A stretch of DNA of 64,000 bases from an uncultured Gammaproteobacteria bacterium (GCA_964430295.1 CAYSEV010000002.1:7024-71023); one strand, 5' to 3'. Counted from the stretch's first letter, positions 29,007 through 39,696 are shown. Notes: a model not told the origin generated them from the letters alone. Numbers and translations: made by a program.

Positions 29007-30676
29007 AAAAACGTTCAATGATGTTTTGGATTATCCTCATAGTGTCTGCTGTGCTTCGTTTATATCAATTGGGTGCTGTCCCTATAAGCCCCGATTGGGA
29101 CGAAGCTGCTCTTGGATATAATGCGTATACACTTCTACATACAGGCAGGGATGAATATGGGACGAGGCTGCCAACATCTATACGGTCATTCGGGGATTAT
29201 AAGCCGCCGGTGTATGCATACATGGCGGTTCCATCTGTTGCGCTATTTGGACTCAATGTGTTTGCAGTTCGGCTTCCATCGGCAATCATGGGAATACTTG
29301 CTGTCGTTGGTGTGTTTTATTTGACTTTTGAGTTACTTGTTCTTGCAAAGAAACATACAGGGAGTAAAGAAATCATAGCGGTTCTTACGCAGTATCAGCG
29401 TCACATACCGCTATTTTCAATGGCTCTTCTTTCTATTTCACCATGGCATCTTCAATTCTCCCGTGTTGCATTTGAAGCAAATATTGGTCTGACGATTCAA
29501 ATATGGGCTATCACTATCTTTTTAATGAGTTTGAACAAACGTGTACTATTGCCTGTTTCCGCATTCTTATTTTCGTTAGGCATGTATGCGTATCATAGTG
29601 AACGTGTATTTTTACCACTTATGGGACTGCTTTTAGCAGCTCTATTTCGAAAAGAATTATTTGAAAAAAACCACATAAAATATACAGTATTCTCAATAGC
29701 TATTATTGCTGTCTGCCTTGTCCCACTCGTTCGCAGTATGACAGATGATGCAACCGTCGCGAGGCTCAAAGGAACAAGTTCATTTACAAATCAGGTAACC
29801 ATGCTGAATCGTTCCATTCATAAGCTCGAAGAGGATCAGAAAAATGGTAATAAACTGGGTGTATTGTTTGATAACAGACGATTTGTTTGGGTTCGTACAG
29901 TCGTGTCAGGATATTTGTCTCACTTTTCAGTACAGTGGCTGTTTTTAGCGGGAGATAATCCGAGGCATCATGCACCGAGTATGGGGATGATGTATCTATG
30001 GGAATTGCCATTCCTGCTTATTGGTATAGTCTTTTTACTCAATTATATTCATTGGCGCACGGCGGCTATCATCATCGGATGGATACTTATCGCACCAGTT
30101 GCAGCATCTGTAACTACCGGGTTGCCGCATGGGGTGAGAACTCTTACATTTCTGCCGACGTTTCAACTACTTGTTTCAATGGGACTTGTGTATACCTTGT
30201 ATCTCCTTAAAACATATTCATCTGCCATCCAAAAAATTGCCGGTGCGCTTGTGATTGTTTCAGTTGTCTATGGATGTATCTATTATTTCACCATGTACTA
30301 TGTCCACATGGATGCGGAGGTCTCTGAAGATTGGCAATATGGATACGCCCATGTTGTTGCGTATACCGAGGGGCATAAGAGTGCATACAAAAAAGTAGTT
30401 GTTTCAACTTCATTGGATCAGTCGTATATATTTTTCCTCTTTTATACGGCGTATAATCCATCATCATATCTCTCCCGCGGTGGAACAGGTGGTATATATG
30501 GGGGAGACGTTCGCGTTGCATTTGATAGATATGAATTCAGACCTATTCGTTGGGATAATGAAGTGAAGGATGGGAGTATATTATATGTAGGAGCACCAAA
30601 CGAGATCCCACATCCGAACATCAAAGAGTTTACATATCTAAACGGCAAAAAATCGTTTAGTATCGCGGATAGATAA
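29003..30676 (+). CDS. GT39 (PMT_2) membrane glycosyltransferase
   Basis: LYQLGAVPISPDWDEAALGYNAYTLLHTGRDEYGTRLP...FGDYKPPVYAY. ATGA overlap with the upstream gene. Confidence 0.75.
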   Translation: MKKRSMMFWIILIVSAVLRLYQLGAVPISPDWDEAALGYNAYTLLHTGRDEYGTRLPTSIRSFGDYKPPVYAYMAVPSVALFGLNVFAVRLPSAIMGILAVVGVFYLTFELLVLAKKHTGSKEIIAVLTQYQRHIPLFSMALLSISPWHLQFSRVAFEANIGLTIQIWAITIFLMSLNKRVLLPVSAFLFSLGMYAYHSERVFLPLMGLLLAALFRKELFEKNHIKYTVFSIAIIAVCLVPLVRSMTDDATVARLKGTSSFTNQVTMLNRSIHKLEEDQKNGNKLGVLFDNRRFVWVRTVVSGYLSHFSVQWLFLAGDNPRHHAPSMGMMYLWELPFLLIGIVFLLNYIHWRTAAIIIGWILIAPVAASVTTGLPHGVRTLTFLPTFQLLVSMGLVYTLYLLKTYSSAIQKIAGALVIVSVVYGCIYYFTMYYVHMDAEVSEDWQYGYAHVVAYTEGHKSAYKKVVVSTSLDQSYIFFLFYTAYNPSSYLSRGGTGGIYGGDVRVAFDRYEFRPIRWDNEVKDGSILYVGAPNEIPHPNIKEFTYLNGKKSFSIADR

Positions 30677-30682
30677 TATCAA

Positions 30683-32284
30683 ATGTATTCTATGAAACAA
30701 CATAAAAAAATAAAAAAAGAGCTGCAACCCACTGTTCCTTTTCAACAGACTGGAACAAACAGACTGTATATAGGGCTGATTATTTGTATAGTTGTTTGGG
30801 GTATATTTCTTCGGAGTGTAGAATTGTTTAATGGAAATTTTCTGTTTGGGCTTGACCATGGGAGAGATTTTCTGGCTGCATATAATATAGTAGAGAATCA
30901 CAAACTGACGTTAATCGGAGCAGAGGCAGGCTCCGGAGTGGCTGGTATTAATGGCATTTTTCATGGACCGGGATACTTTTATCTTATCGCACTCTCATAT
31001 ATTCTTTTTGGCGGAAACCCTATTGGAGCAGAAGTGTTTATGGTGTTGTTTGGCGTGCTTGCGATTCTTTTTTCTATTAAATTTGGCTATGAATTGTGTG
31101 GAAAAGTTGGCGCAGTTCTTGCAACATTTTTTGTAACTGTCTCTCCACTTATTGTGTCGCAATCGCGATTTATCTGGAGCAGTCATCCTATTACTATTTT
31201 TGTATTGCTTTCCATATACTGTGTCTATCAGATACCAAAAAAACCGATTCTGTTTGCACCACTAGCTGTGTTTCTTGCAGGATTTACATATCATTCACAA
31301 CTGGGAGTTGCTGTCCCACTTACAGTTTCTGTACTTCTTGCCATACCTCTTGTATATAGAATTTCGGATTGGAAGGTGTATGCGTGGTCTTTTTTTGCAT
31401 TAATCATTGCGTATAGTCCTATGGCGTTTTTTGAACTGCGGCATAATTTTATGGCGGTACGAAGTGCCATTTCCTATGTGACGATCGGTGACTCTACCGG
31501 TGTTCATACACCGATTCTTGATCCTTTACGCCTGGCTAACCATACATTTGATTATTGGAATAATTTTTATAATACATTCACCTATGAATTTGGGTGGATA
31601 CCATGGGCAAAACAAATGGTGGTGCTTAAGATTATTCTACCGATTGTGGGTCTAGGTGCACTGCTCGTGAAAGAGAAGAAACAAAGACAATTTCTTTGGT
31701 TTATACTTCTCATGACCGTAACCACATGGGCAGGATTTTTACTGCTCAATAATACAGTATGGGATTATTATCTGACTCATACGCGCATCGGCTATATTCT
31801 ATTTTTTGTTATCTGCATGACAGCGCTGTGGAGGCAGAGAAAGCAATCTATTATCAAAAACGTCGGCGTTCTGCTTTGTGCAGTATTCATCGCGACAGTG
31901 GCATTTGGTTCCGTATTTCGACAATATGTTTCGTACACAATAGATATAAAAGACACAAATGTCATAGATAAAGTGAGGGCAAAGAAAGCAGTTATAGATA
32001 TGATGTATACCGACGCGGCCGGTCAGCCGTTTTCTGAATTTATTTTTGTTCCTCCTATTTATACATACGCATATGATTATTTATTTATGACCTATGGAAA
32101 AAAGCGGTATGGTTACGTTCCGGGAAAAGAAAAACATGGAATTGCATATCTGTTGATAGAACCGGATAATGGTCAACCATGGAGACAAAAAGGATGGCTT
32201 GAAACGGTGGTGCAGGGAGGGGAAACTGTTTGGAAAAAAACTATATATAATGGCATCATACTTGAAAAGAGGGTATATCCATGA
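30683..32284 (+). CDS. GT-C (ArnT/PMT-like) membrane glycosyltransferase
   Basis: 533 aa polytopic. FLFGLDHGRDFLAAYNIVENHKLTLIGAEAGSGVAGINGIFHGPGYFYL first extracytoplasmic loop with acidic residues, analogous to the GT39/GT83 DE loop. Confidence 0.55.
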   Translation: MYSMKQHKKIKKELQPTVPFQQTGTNRLYIGLIICIVVWGIFLRSVELFNGNFLFGLDHGRDFLAAYNIVENHKLTLIGAEAGSGVAGINGIFHGPGYFYLIALSYILFGGNPIGAEVFMVLFGVLAILFSIKFGYELCGKVGAVLATFFVTVSPLIVSQSRFIWSSHPITIFVLLSIYCVYQIPKKPILFAPLAVFLAGFTYHSQLGVAVPLTVSVLLAIPLVYRISDWKVYAWSFFALIIAYSPMAFFELRHNFMAVRSAISYVTIGDSTGVHTPILDPLRLANHTFDYWNNFYNTFTYEFGWIPWAKQMVVLKIILPIVGLGALLVKEKKQRQFLWFILLMTVTTWAGFLLLNNTVWDYYLTHTRIGYILFFVICMTALWRQRKQSIIKNVGVLLCAVFIATVAFGSVFRQYVSYTIDIKDTNVIDKVRAKKAVIDMMYTDAAGQPFSEFIFVPPIYTYAYDYLFMTYGKKRYGYVPGKEKHGIAYLLIEPDNGQPWRQKGWLETVVQGGETVWKKTIYNGIILEKRVYP

Positions 32285-33945
32285 CGTTGTTACGGAAAAT
32301 TCCGATATGGATTTGGCTCCTTATTGCAGGTATTTTACCGATACTATCTTTAATTACTCCGGGACTTCCTATCACGCATGATGGGTCGGATCATGTGGCA
32401 CGAATTGCAAATTTTTATTTGGCTCTAAAGGAAGGAATAATCGTTCCGCGATGGGCTTCAAGTTTAAATTGGGGGTACGGACATCCTATTTTGATGTTTC
32501 TCTATCCACTATCTTCTTATACAGCGTCGCTGTTTCATGCGATAGGATTCTCATTTATAGATAGTACAAAATTGGTGTTTGCAGTTGGATATGTAGCAAG
32601 TATATGGGCAATGTATCTGTGGGTAAAAAAAATGTTTGGAGAAAAACCGGCGATTATCGGCTCATTATTATATGGTTTTGCTCCATACCGTTTTGTGGAT
32701 CTGTATGTTCGCGGAGCTATCGGTGAACATATGGCATTCATATTTCCACCACTCTTCTGTTATTTCCTTTTGCTTCTTTCTAAGGAAAAATCTGTGCGAA
32801 AAAATATAGGTTCAGGGATTGGCTTAGCGGTATCTTTCGCCGGCCTCATGCTGGCGCACAACGCTATTGCACTTATGATGATCCCGCTTTTTGTTCTGTA
32901 TGGAATATATTTGCTGAAGTTTGAGGCAGTGAAAAAACTTCAGTTTATTATTCTCTCAAAAATATCGGTTATTCTAGGCTTTGGATTATCTGCATTTTTT
33001 TGGATTCCGGCTTTTTTTGAAGGAAAATATACACTACGCGATATTGTTACTGCTGGAGAGGTTTTAGAACGGTTTGTCCCTTGGACAAACTTTTTTTATT
33101 CACCATGGAATTTCGGCGGGACAGATATGCTCTCAAAATCCCTGGGAGTAGCAGGAATTTTCTTAGTTGGTGCATCAATCTATACCATTACAAAATGGGG
33201 GAATCAAAAGCTAAAATTATTTACAGTCGTAAATCTGTTGATATTACTTATAACACTTGTGTTGATGACCTCCATTTCAAAACCCATATGGATGGCACTG
33301 ACAATTCTACAAAAATTTCAATTTCCCTGGCGGTTTCTTTCTGTAACAACAGTACTTGTTTCACTTATTGGTTCAACTGTCGTATATCTAATTGAGCAAA
33401 AAATATCTAAACATATATTTTCTTTATTGTTTATTAGCTACTGTTTATTGATCATTTTTTCAACTGTCCATATGTGGCACCCTAAAGCATATCAGAAAAA
33501 AAATGAATCCTATTTTACCGGTATATATATGAGTACTACAGATACCGGTGAAAGTAGTCCTATATGGTCCATCAGATTTATGGAACATACACCTAATGCC
33601 GTTTCTGAGGTTATAGATGGGGAAGCCACTATACAGCAGACCTATCGTTCAACCACGAGACATACATATACGATAACTGCATCTAAACCATCCAGGATTT
33701 TGGAAAATACGTTATATTTTCCAGGATGGAACACATACGTAGACAATACTCCCGTCACTATGCAGTTTCAGGATCCGAATTACAGAGGACTGATCACATA
33801 TGATATTTCGCAGGGGTCTCATGTTGTCTCTGTCCGGTTTGAAGATACAAAAGTTAGAAAGCTTGCGAATATCATATCTATAGTCAGTGGTTTTCTACTT
33901 GTATTCCTATTTATACTATGTACTGTATGGAAAAGAAAAAAATAA
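32281..33945 (+). CDS. PTPS-related/YfhO-like GT-C membrane protein (subfamily A paralog)
   Basis: ITHDGSDHVARIANFYLALKEGIIVPRWASSLNWGYGHPILMFLYPLSSY plus C-terminal LYFPGWNTYVDNTPV...GSHVVSVRF. Confidence 0.7.
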   Translation: MTLLRKIPIWIWLLIAGILPILSLITPGLPITHDGSDHVARIANFYLALKEGIIVPRWASSLNWGYGHPILMFLYPLSSYTASLFHAIGFSFIDSTKLVFAVGYVASIWAMYLWVKKMFGEKPAIIGSLLYGFAPYRFVDLYVRGAIGEHMAFIFPPLFCYFLLLLSKEKSVRKNIGSGIGLAVSFAGLMLAHNAIALMMIPLFVLYGIYLLKFEAVKKLQFIILSKISVILGFGLSAFFWIPAFFEGKYTLRDIVTAGEVLERFVPWTNFFYSPWNFGGTDMLSKSLGVAGIFLVGASIYTITKWGNQKLKLFTVVNLLILLITLVLMTSISKPIWMALTILQKFQFPWRFLSVTTVLVSLIGSTVVYLIEQKISKHIFSLLFISYCLLIIFSTVHMWHPKAYQKKNESYFTGIYMSTTDTGESSPIWSIRFMEHTPNAVSEVIDGEATIQQTYRSTTRHTYTITASKPSRILENTLYFPGWNTYVDNTPVTMQFQDPNYRGLITYDISQGSHVVSVRFEDTKVRKLANIISIVSGFLLVFLFILCTVWKRKK

Positions 33946-34709
33946 CTCTTTCAGTTGCTCTTGCGGTTTTTAATGAATCAAAAAATCTTCGGATGTGTCT
34001 GGATTCTATTAAAGATATTGCCGATGAACTCATTATCGTGGATGGGGGATCATCCGATAATACCGTAGCTATTGCAAAAGAATATCATGCAACGGTCATT
34101 CAGACCGATAATCCGAAAATATTTCATATAAATAAACAAAAAGCACTCGATGAGTGTACATGTATGTGGATATTGCAACTGGATGCTGATGAGGTTATTC
34201 CCGAAGATCTTAAAAAAGAAATCGTTTCAACAATTAACAATGAACAATCAACCATCAACGGTTACTATATCCCAAGAAGTAATTATTTTTGGGGACATTT
34301 TATGAAAAAGGGAGGACAATACCCGGATAGTGTTATCCGTCTGGTTAAGAACGGGTACGCGACATTTCCTTGCAAAAGCGTACATGAACAAATTTTAATT
34401 CAGGGTAATGTTGGTACATTACTACACCCGATGAAACATTACACGTATCGTACACGCGCAGATTACTGGAAAAAAGCACATATCTATACATCACTGACTG
34501 CGTCGGAATTGAAAAACACGTATGGAAATACAATCGGTGCAAAAATAAGACTACTGTTTATATACGGATTATTGAAGCCAATAATCACATTCTTGACAAT
34601 ATATATCCGCCACAAAGGATTTGTAGATGGACTGACCGGATTTGAGTTTTCTCTCTATAGTGCTCTTCATTATACGTGGGCATATATAAAGTATCTTCGA
34701 AACATATGA
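33927..34709 (+). CDS. GT2 glycosyltransferase (WaaE/KdtX-like paralog)
   Basis: ITLSVALAVFNESKNLRMCLDSIKDIADELIIVDGGSSDNT...LDADE and YYIPRSNYFWGHFMKKGGQYPDSVIRLVKNG. The start could also be 33918. Confidence 0.7.
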   Translation: MEKKKITLSVALAVFNESKNLRMCLDSIKDIADELIIVDGGSSDNTVAIAKEYHATVIQTDNPKIFHINKQKALDECTCMWILQLDADEVIPEDLKKEIVSTINNEQSTINGYYIPRSNYFWGHFMKKGGQYPDSVIRLVKNGYATFPCKSVHEQILIQGNVGTLLHPMKHYTYRTRADYWKKAHIYTSLTASELKNTYGNTIGAKIRLLFIYGLLKPIITFLTIYIRHKGFVDGLTGFEFSLYSALHYTWAYIKYLRNI

Positions 34710-35245
34710 AAAAATATTTCTTAAATAGTGTATTAATTATTGCTTATTTTTTACTTACACATCCTTTGCAGGTTTATGCGGAATATATGCTTCCATATCC
34801 ATCAACAATGCCGGGAAATAAGATATATAAAATTTCGCGAGTTTTGGATTCGCTAAAAGCATATTGGTATGTTGGTGACATCGCGCAGGTAAAATACCAT
34901 CTTATGCTAAGTGATAAATATCTGGTCGAATCAAAAACACTTTTTGAATATAAACAGTATCTTTTGGCACGAGATGCTCTAAAAAGATCAGATGTGCATT
35001 TTACTGCACTCAAAGAGGCACTGGTTCATATAAAACAAAGCGGGAAAAATGTTACTGAGAGTAGCCGTACTGTTTCTGAAGCGGCAGATGCACATATTCA
35101 GGTTCTTAATACGTTACAAAATGTAATGCCTGAAGTGTTTGATTGGATACCCGAGAAAGGCGAAAAAACTCATATATCAATAACAGAATTACTTTCAAAT
35201 GCAAAACAAATACGTATGTCTGTTCGCCAAACTATTGAGAAATAA
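34706..35245 (+). CDS. Secreted alpha-helical protein of unknown function
   Basis: Signal peptide MKKYFLNSVLIIAYFLLTHPLQVYA, then a charged, helix-prone sequence. No recognisable catalytic motif. Confidence 0.45.
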   Translation: MKKYFLNSVLIIAYFLLTHPLQVYAEYMLPYPSTMPGNKIYKISRVLDSLKAYWYVGDIAQVKYHLMLSDKYLVESKTLFEYKQYLLARDALKRSDVHFTALKEALVHIKQSGKNVTESSRTVSEAADAHIQVLNTLQNVMPEVFDWIPEKGEKTHISITELLSNAKQIRMSVRQTIEK

Positions 35246-35247
35246 CT

Positions 35248-36393
35248 ATGAAGCGTATTGTGTATGTTATCTCCATATTCATTGCTTTTTATATACTTTT
35301 TCTTTCGTATGCATTTCTGGATGTACATATATCACTTGCTCCATCATTTCCTGTAGAGTCATATCTAGTACAGATTAATGCATATGCGAGAAATCATCGG
35401 CCGGAAATGACAACACTATGGCTATTGGCATGCTGTGCGTTAAGTGCTTGTTACGTATATATTCTAAAAACAGCACATACTATAGGAAAAAAATCTTATA
35501 AATTCGTTTGGATTTGCATTGCGACTACTGCCATCATACTAGCGTTCGCATATCCCGCCACCTCCTATGATCTTTTCAACTATATAACAACGGCAAAAGT
35601 TACATATTACTATAAAGAAAATCCATATATCGTTATGCCTGTGGAATTCACGGGTGAGCCATATCTTGCATTTACCAGAGCTGCAAATAAAACTGCGCTC
35701 TATGGTCCTGTATGGATACTTATTACTGCAGTTCCATATATGTTGGGTGGTGAAAATATCTGGGCAACTATAATAACCTTTAAACTGTTAAATACAGCAG
35801 TTTATTTATTGTTCTTATATTGCATTTTCCGCATAACCAGATCAATGAAAAATGTTCTTTTTTTTGCATTTAATCCGTTGGTATTACTCGAAGTCCTTGT
35901 ATCAGGACATAACGATATATATATGATGATTTTTTCGTTAAGCGGCATATACCTCTGGTGGCACAATAGAAAAATATCCGGGTTTTTCTTATTCTTCCTT
36001 TCCTGGTTTATAAAAGGCATGACGATAACATTTTTGCCGCTTCTTTTCTTTCGAAATAAATCCTGGGAGCACATACTTCGATTCGCGTATTGGGTCGCAT
36101 TGTTTGTGTTTTTTGTTTTCGCCCCGCTTCGCGAAGAGTTATATCCTTGGTATGCAATATGGTTTATATCAATTGCCTCTCTTATGAATTTTGAAACTAA
36201 CCGGTTTATATATTCTCTTACAGTAGTCTTGTCTCTCACTCTGGAACTGCGACATTTACCGTATATGTGGATGGGTTACTATGAAGGTCCGGGGCCGATG
36301 CTGCGGATGCTTATCACCGGTATTCCTGTCTGTATATTTCTTCTAATATACCCTCTAATGAAATATAAACAATCACTATCTGTAAGAATATGA
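35248..36393 (+). CDS. Polytopic membrane protein, possible GT87/DUF2029-like GT-C glycosyltransferase
   Basis: 381 aa, about 9-10 TM helices. ATSYDLFNYITTAKVTYYYKENPY loop after early TMs resembles the DUF2029 mannosyltransferase family. Weak call. Confidence 0.4.
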   Translation: MKRIVYVISIFIAFYILFLSYAFLDVHISLAPSFPVESYLVQINAYARNHRPEMTTLWLLACCALSACYVYILKTAHTIGKKSYKFVWICIATTAIILAFAYPATSYDLFNYITTAKVTYYYKENPYIVMPVEFTGEPYLAFTRAANKTALYGPVWILITAVPYMLGGENIWATIITFKLLNTAVYLLFLYCIFRITRSMKNVLFFAFNPLVLLEVLVSGHNDIYMMIFSLSGIYLWWHNRKISGFFLFFLSWFIKGMTITFLPLLFFRNKSWEHILRFAYWVALFVFFVFAPLREELYPWYAIWFISIASLMNFETNRFIYSLTVVLSLTLELRHLPYMWMGYYEGPGPMLRMLITGIPVCIFLLIYPLMKYKQSLSVRI

Positions 36394-37973
36394 GTATACG
36401 TAGCATTGTTTTGTGGATTTGTTGTTTGTTTCTCATAGTGAATGCAGTTTTTTCATTAACCGGGTCATCATATATACCGACACATGACGGTGAGTACCAT
36501 ATTATTCGCATTGTCGAATTTTCAAAAATGCTTAGGGCAGGATATCTCTTTCCCCGATGGGCACCCGACTTAAACAGCGGATATGGTATTCCTATATTCC
36601 AATATCATTATCCGCTCCCAAATTATATAGGCTCTATACTACGATTTGTTGCGCATGATGCAGTCTATGCATTTCAATGGTCATTGGTTTTTGCATACAT
36701 TGCTGTTGTAATAGGATTTTTTTATTGGTTATCCTGTTTTTATTCAATTCCCATAGCATTTTTTGGGTCAGTGATTGGGTCTTACACACCGTATCTTTTC
36801 CTTGATATCTATGTACGGGGTGTTATTGGAGAGGTATGGGCAATCGCATTATTTGGATTTATATTAGGAAATATAGAGCGCAAGCGTTACTTATTTGCAT
36901 CTTTGTGTTTTGCTCTTCTAATACTTTCTCATAATATTTCTGCAATGATATTTGGCATATATGTATGTTGCTACGCACTCTATAGGCATCGAAACGTATA
37001 TTTTTTGGCAATCGGTGCACTTTTGGCATCTTATTTTTGGATACCTGCTGTATTTGAACAAACGTATGTAGTAGGTTTAAACACAGTTAATTTTCGTGAC
37101 CATTTTGTACAACTATATGAATTTCTGATCCCTTCATGGGGCACACAGTTTTCAGCAACGGGTGCAATAGGAAATAAAATGTCATTTCAGTTCGGAATTA
37201 TACCTCTCAGTATCAGCATCCTTGTAGTCATTGGCAGTGTGCGTGAAAAAAATATGAGAGTTGCATCACCACTGCGTTTTTTAGTGTTAACGATGTTTGC
37301 CTTTATGTTGTTATTTCCGATTTCAACGCCAATCTGGAATGTGTTGTTTCCTCTGCAGTTTGTACAATATCCATGGAGATTTTTATCGTTTGCTATTCCT
37401 ATTACAGCATTTGGAGTGTCATACATTATATATAAACGTAAATCTTTTATGCTCTCTCTGTTGATATTAGTTAGTGTCTTAGGTCTTACATGGAAGTATG
37501 TTCGACCAGTTTTGTATCAACCAAGGAATGAATCGTATTATCTGTCTAGGTCAAATTTTACAGATGGCACATCATCTATGGGAAACAGTTTTTCTACAGT
37601 GTGGTCTTCGTGGAAAGAAACAAGACCAATATCAGATATTACAGTGAATCATGGGATCATTACGACGAGGATAGTATCCCGCTACCTTAAAAAAACGTTC
37701 CAGGTCAACATGTCTCAACACGGAGAAGTGCAGGTAAATACCGTATATTTCCCTGGTTGGATTGCATATGTAGATGGTAAGCAAACAGAAATAGAGTATA
37801 AAAAAGATGGAATAATACACATATCTGTACCTGAAGGAGTTCATGAGATAACAATTTATTTTACTGAAACGCCACTGCGATTGTTCGCAGATGTTTTATC
37901 AATTGCCAGTTTAATAGGTGTACTAGGATGGGGTATACTTTCACTACGAAACGCAAAAGATCGCGTTACATAA
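36390..37973 (+). CDS. PTPS-related/YfhO-like GT-C membrane protein (subfamily A paralog)
   Basis: IPTHDGEYHIIRIVEFSKMLRAGYLFPRWAPDLNSGYGIPIFQYHYPLPNY plus C-terminal VYFPGWIAYVDGKQTEIEYKK...GVHEITIYF. Confidence 0.7.
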   Translation: MSIRSIVLWICCLFLIVNAVFSLTGSSYIPTHDGEYHIIRIVEFSKMLRAGYLFPRWAPDLNSGYGIPIFQYHYPLPNYIGSILRFVAHDAVYAFQWSLVFAYIAVVIGFFYWLSCFYSIPIAFFGSVIGSYTPYLFLDIYVRGVIGEVWAIALFGFILGNIERKRYLFASLCFALLILSHNISAMIFGIYVCCYALYRHRNVYFLAIGALLASYFWIPAVFEQTYVVGLNTVNFRDHFVQLYEFLIPSWGTQFSATGAIGNKMSFQFGIIPLSISILVVIGSVREKNMRVASPLRFLVLTMFAFMLLFPISTPIWNVLFPLQFVQYPWRFLSFAIPITAFGVSYIIYKRKSFMLSLLILVSVLGLTWKYVRPVLYQPRNESYYLSRSNFTDGTSSMGNSFSTVWSSWKETRPISDITVNHGIITTRIVSRYLKKTFQVNMSQHGEVQVNTVYFPGWIAYVDGKQTEIEYKKDGIIHISVPEGVHEITIYFTETPLRLFADVLSIASLIGVLGWGILSLRNAKDRVT

Positions 37974-37975
37974 AT

Positions 37976-39013
37976 ATGCATATTGCAATAGATATTTCAC
38001 CACTTGAATCTGGCCATAATGGAAGAGGCGTTGGTGTGTATACAAAGTTACTTATTGAAGCGATACAGACATATCAGAAAGAGCATGTTGTATCCCTCGT
38101 TACTCATCAACATGATATTCCCGATACATGTAATATCGTGCACTACCCGTACTTTGATCCGTTTTTTTTAACATTACCGCTTATTCGGAAATATCCTACT
38201 GTAGTAACAGTTCACGATGTTATACCTCTATTATATCCGGACAAATTTCCTGCAGGGATAAAGGGGTCTATTAAATTCCAAATTCAGAAATTTTCACTAT
38301 CGTCTGTAAAACGGATTATTACTGATTCAAATACTTCTAAAGAAGATATTAAAAAAGTATTTAATCGGGACCCGAAATCCATAGATGTTGTGTATCTGGC
38401 TTCATCAATACGTGAACATGGAAGCACAACGATAGGTTCATCTCAGAAAGAATTAAAATCATCACCGTATATCATGTATGTAGGTGATGTGAATTGGAAT
38501 AAAAATATTCTAGGACTGCTGACTGCCTTTGCCAACATAATAAAGACCCATCCGACTCTTCAACTATTACTTGTTGGTAAATCGTTTTGCGACGAATCCC
38601 TAGTAGAAGTTCAAGAGATAAAACAGCAAATAAATTCACTTAATCTCGAATCACATATACAAATGCCCGGGTTTGTTGACACAAAAACACTTGTAGAATT
38701 ATATAAAAATGCTATTTGCCTTATTCAGCCTTCTTTTTATGAAGGGTTTGGTTTTTCCGTGGTTGATGCTCTATCTTTAGGATGTCCGGTTGTCTGTTCC
38801 CGAGTTTCATCTCTTTCAGAAATTAGCGGACCTTCTATGCAAATTGATCCAAATGTTCCTGAAACAATGACAGAACGAGTATTGGAGTTGCTTCAAATGT
38901 CCGATATGAAACGCAAAAAAATGATACAGGATGGATATGATTGGGTTTTGCAATTCACATGGGAAAAAGTTGCCAAAGAAACCATAGAATCATATAAAAA
39001 AGCTATCGTATGA
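37976..39013 (+). CDS. GT4 (GT-B) glycosyltransferase
   Basis: MHIAIDISPLESGHNGRGVGVYT start just after the upstream stop. EGFGFSVVDALSLGCPVVCSRVSSLSEI C-terminal motif. Confidence 0.7.
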   Translation: MHIAIDISPLESGHNGRGVGVYTKLLIEAIQTYQKEHVVSLVTHQHDIPDTCNIVHYPYFDPFFLTLPLIRKYPTVVTVHDVIPLLYPDKFPAGIKGSIKFQIQKFSLSSVKRIITDSNTSKEDIKKVFNRDPKSIDVVYLASSIREHGSTTIGSSQKELKSSPYIMYVGDVNWNKNILGLLTAFANIIKTHPTLQLLLVGKSFCDESLVEVQEIKQQINSLNLESHIQMPGFVDTKTLVELYKNAICLIQPSFYEGFGFSVVDALSLGCPVVCSRVSSLSEISGPSMQIDPNVPETMTERVLELLQMSDMKRKKMIQDGYDWVLQFTWEKVAKETIESYKKAIV

Positions 39014-39696
39014 AAAAAATTTCCATTATTATTCCGGTCTATAATGAAGAGCATACTATTGCAAAAGCAGTTGATAGTGTATGTGACACTGAACTCCCAG
39101 GTTGGCAGAAGGAAATAATTGTAGTTAATGATGGATCAACAGATAGCACAAAACAGATTCTTGATTCCCTGAAAAGAAATATACGCATCATTTCAAAGGA
39201 GAAAAATGAAGGGAAGGGAAGCGCTCTACAAGAAGGATTTAAAGCTGCGAAAGGGGATATAATCTTAATTCAGGATGCAGATTTGGAATACAGTCCCAAA
39301 GATTATCCTATACTTTTGGCACCGTTTGAAAATGAACAGGTGGATATTGTATATGGCTCCAGATTTTTAGGTGCACATTTATCGACAATGTTTGTTTATG
39401 AACTTGGAAATAAATTTGTGACTCTTATAACAAATATATTATTTAATACAAATATTACCGATATGGAAACAGGGTTTAAAGTGTTTCGAAAATCCGTTCT
39501 GAAGGATATAACTATACGGGCAAAACGATTTGATGTTGAACCGGAAATTACGGCAAAAGTGCTTAAAAAAGGATATCAGATTTATGAAGTCCCGATTTCT
39601 TATTTCGGTAGAACTTTCTCAGACGGGAAAAAACTTACGTGGAGAGATGGTATAGTCGCATTTTGGACCTTAATAAAATATAAGCTATACACATAG
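39010..39696 (+). CDS. GT2 polyprenol-phosphate sugar synthase (DPM1/GtrB-like)
   Basis: ISIIIPVYNEEHTIAKAV...IIVVNDGSTDST...DADLEY...FDVEPEI, 228 aa soluble-type DPM synthase architecture. Confidence 0.7.
   Translation: MKKISIIIPVYNEEHTIAKAVDSVCDTELPGWQKEIIVVNDGSTDSTKQILDSLKRNIRIISKEKNEGKGSALQEGFKAAKGDIILIQDADLEYSPKDYPILLAPFENEQVDIVYGSRFLGAHLSTMFVYELGNKFVTLITNILFNTNITDMETGFKVFRKSVLKDITIRAKRFDVEPEITAKVLKKGYQIYEVPISYFGRTFSDGKKLTWRDGIVAFWTLIKYKLYT

Noticed and set aside
35802-36239. 145-aa minus-strand ORF inside the membrane protein gene 35248-36393
   Set aside because: Shadow ORF antisense to a hydrophobic coding region.
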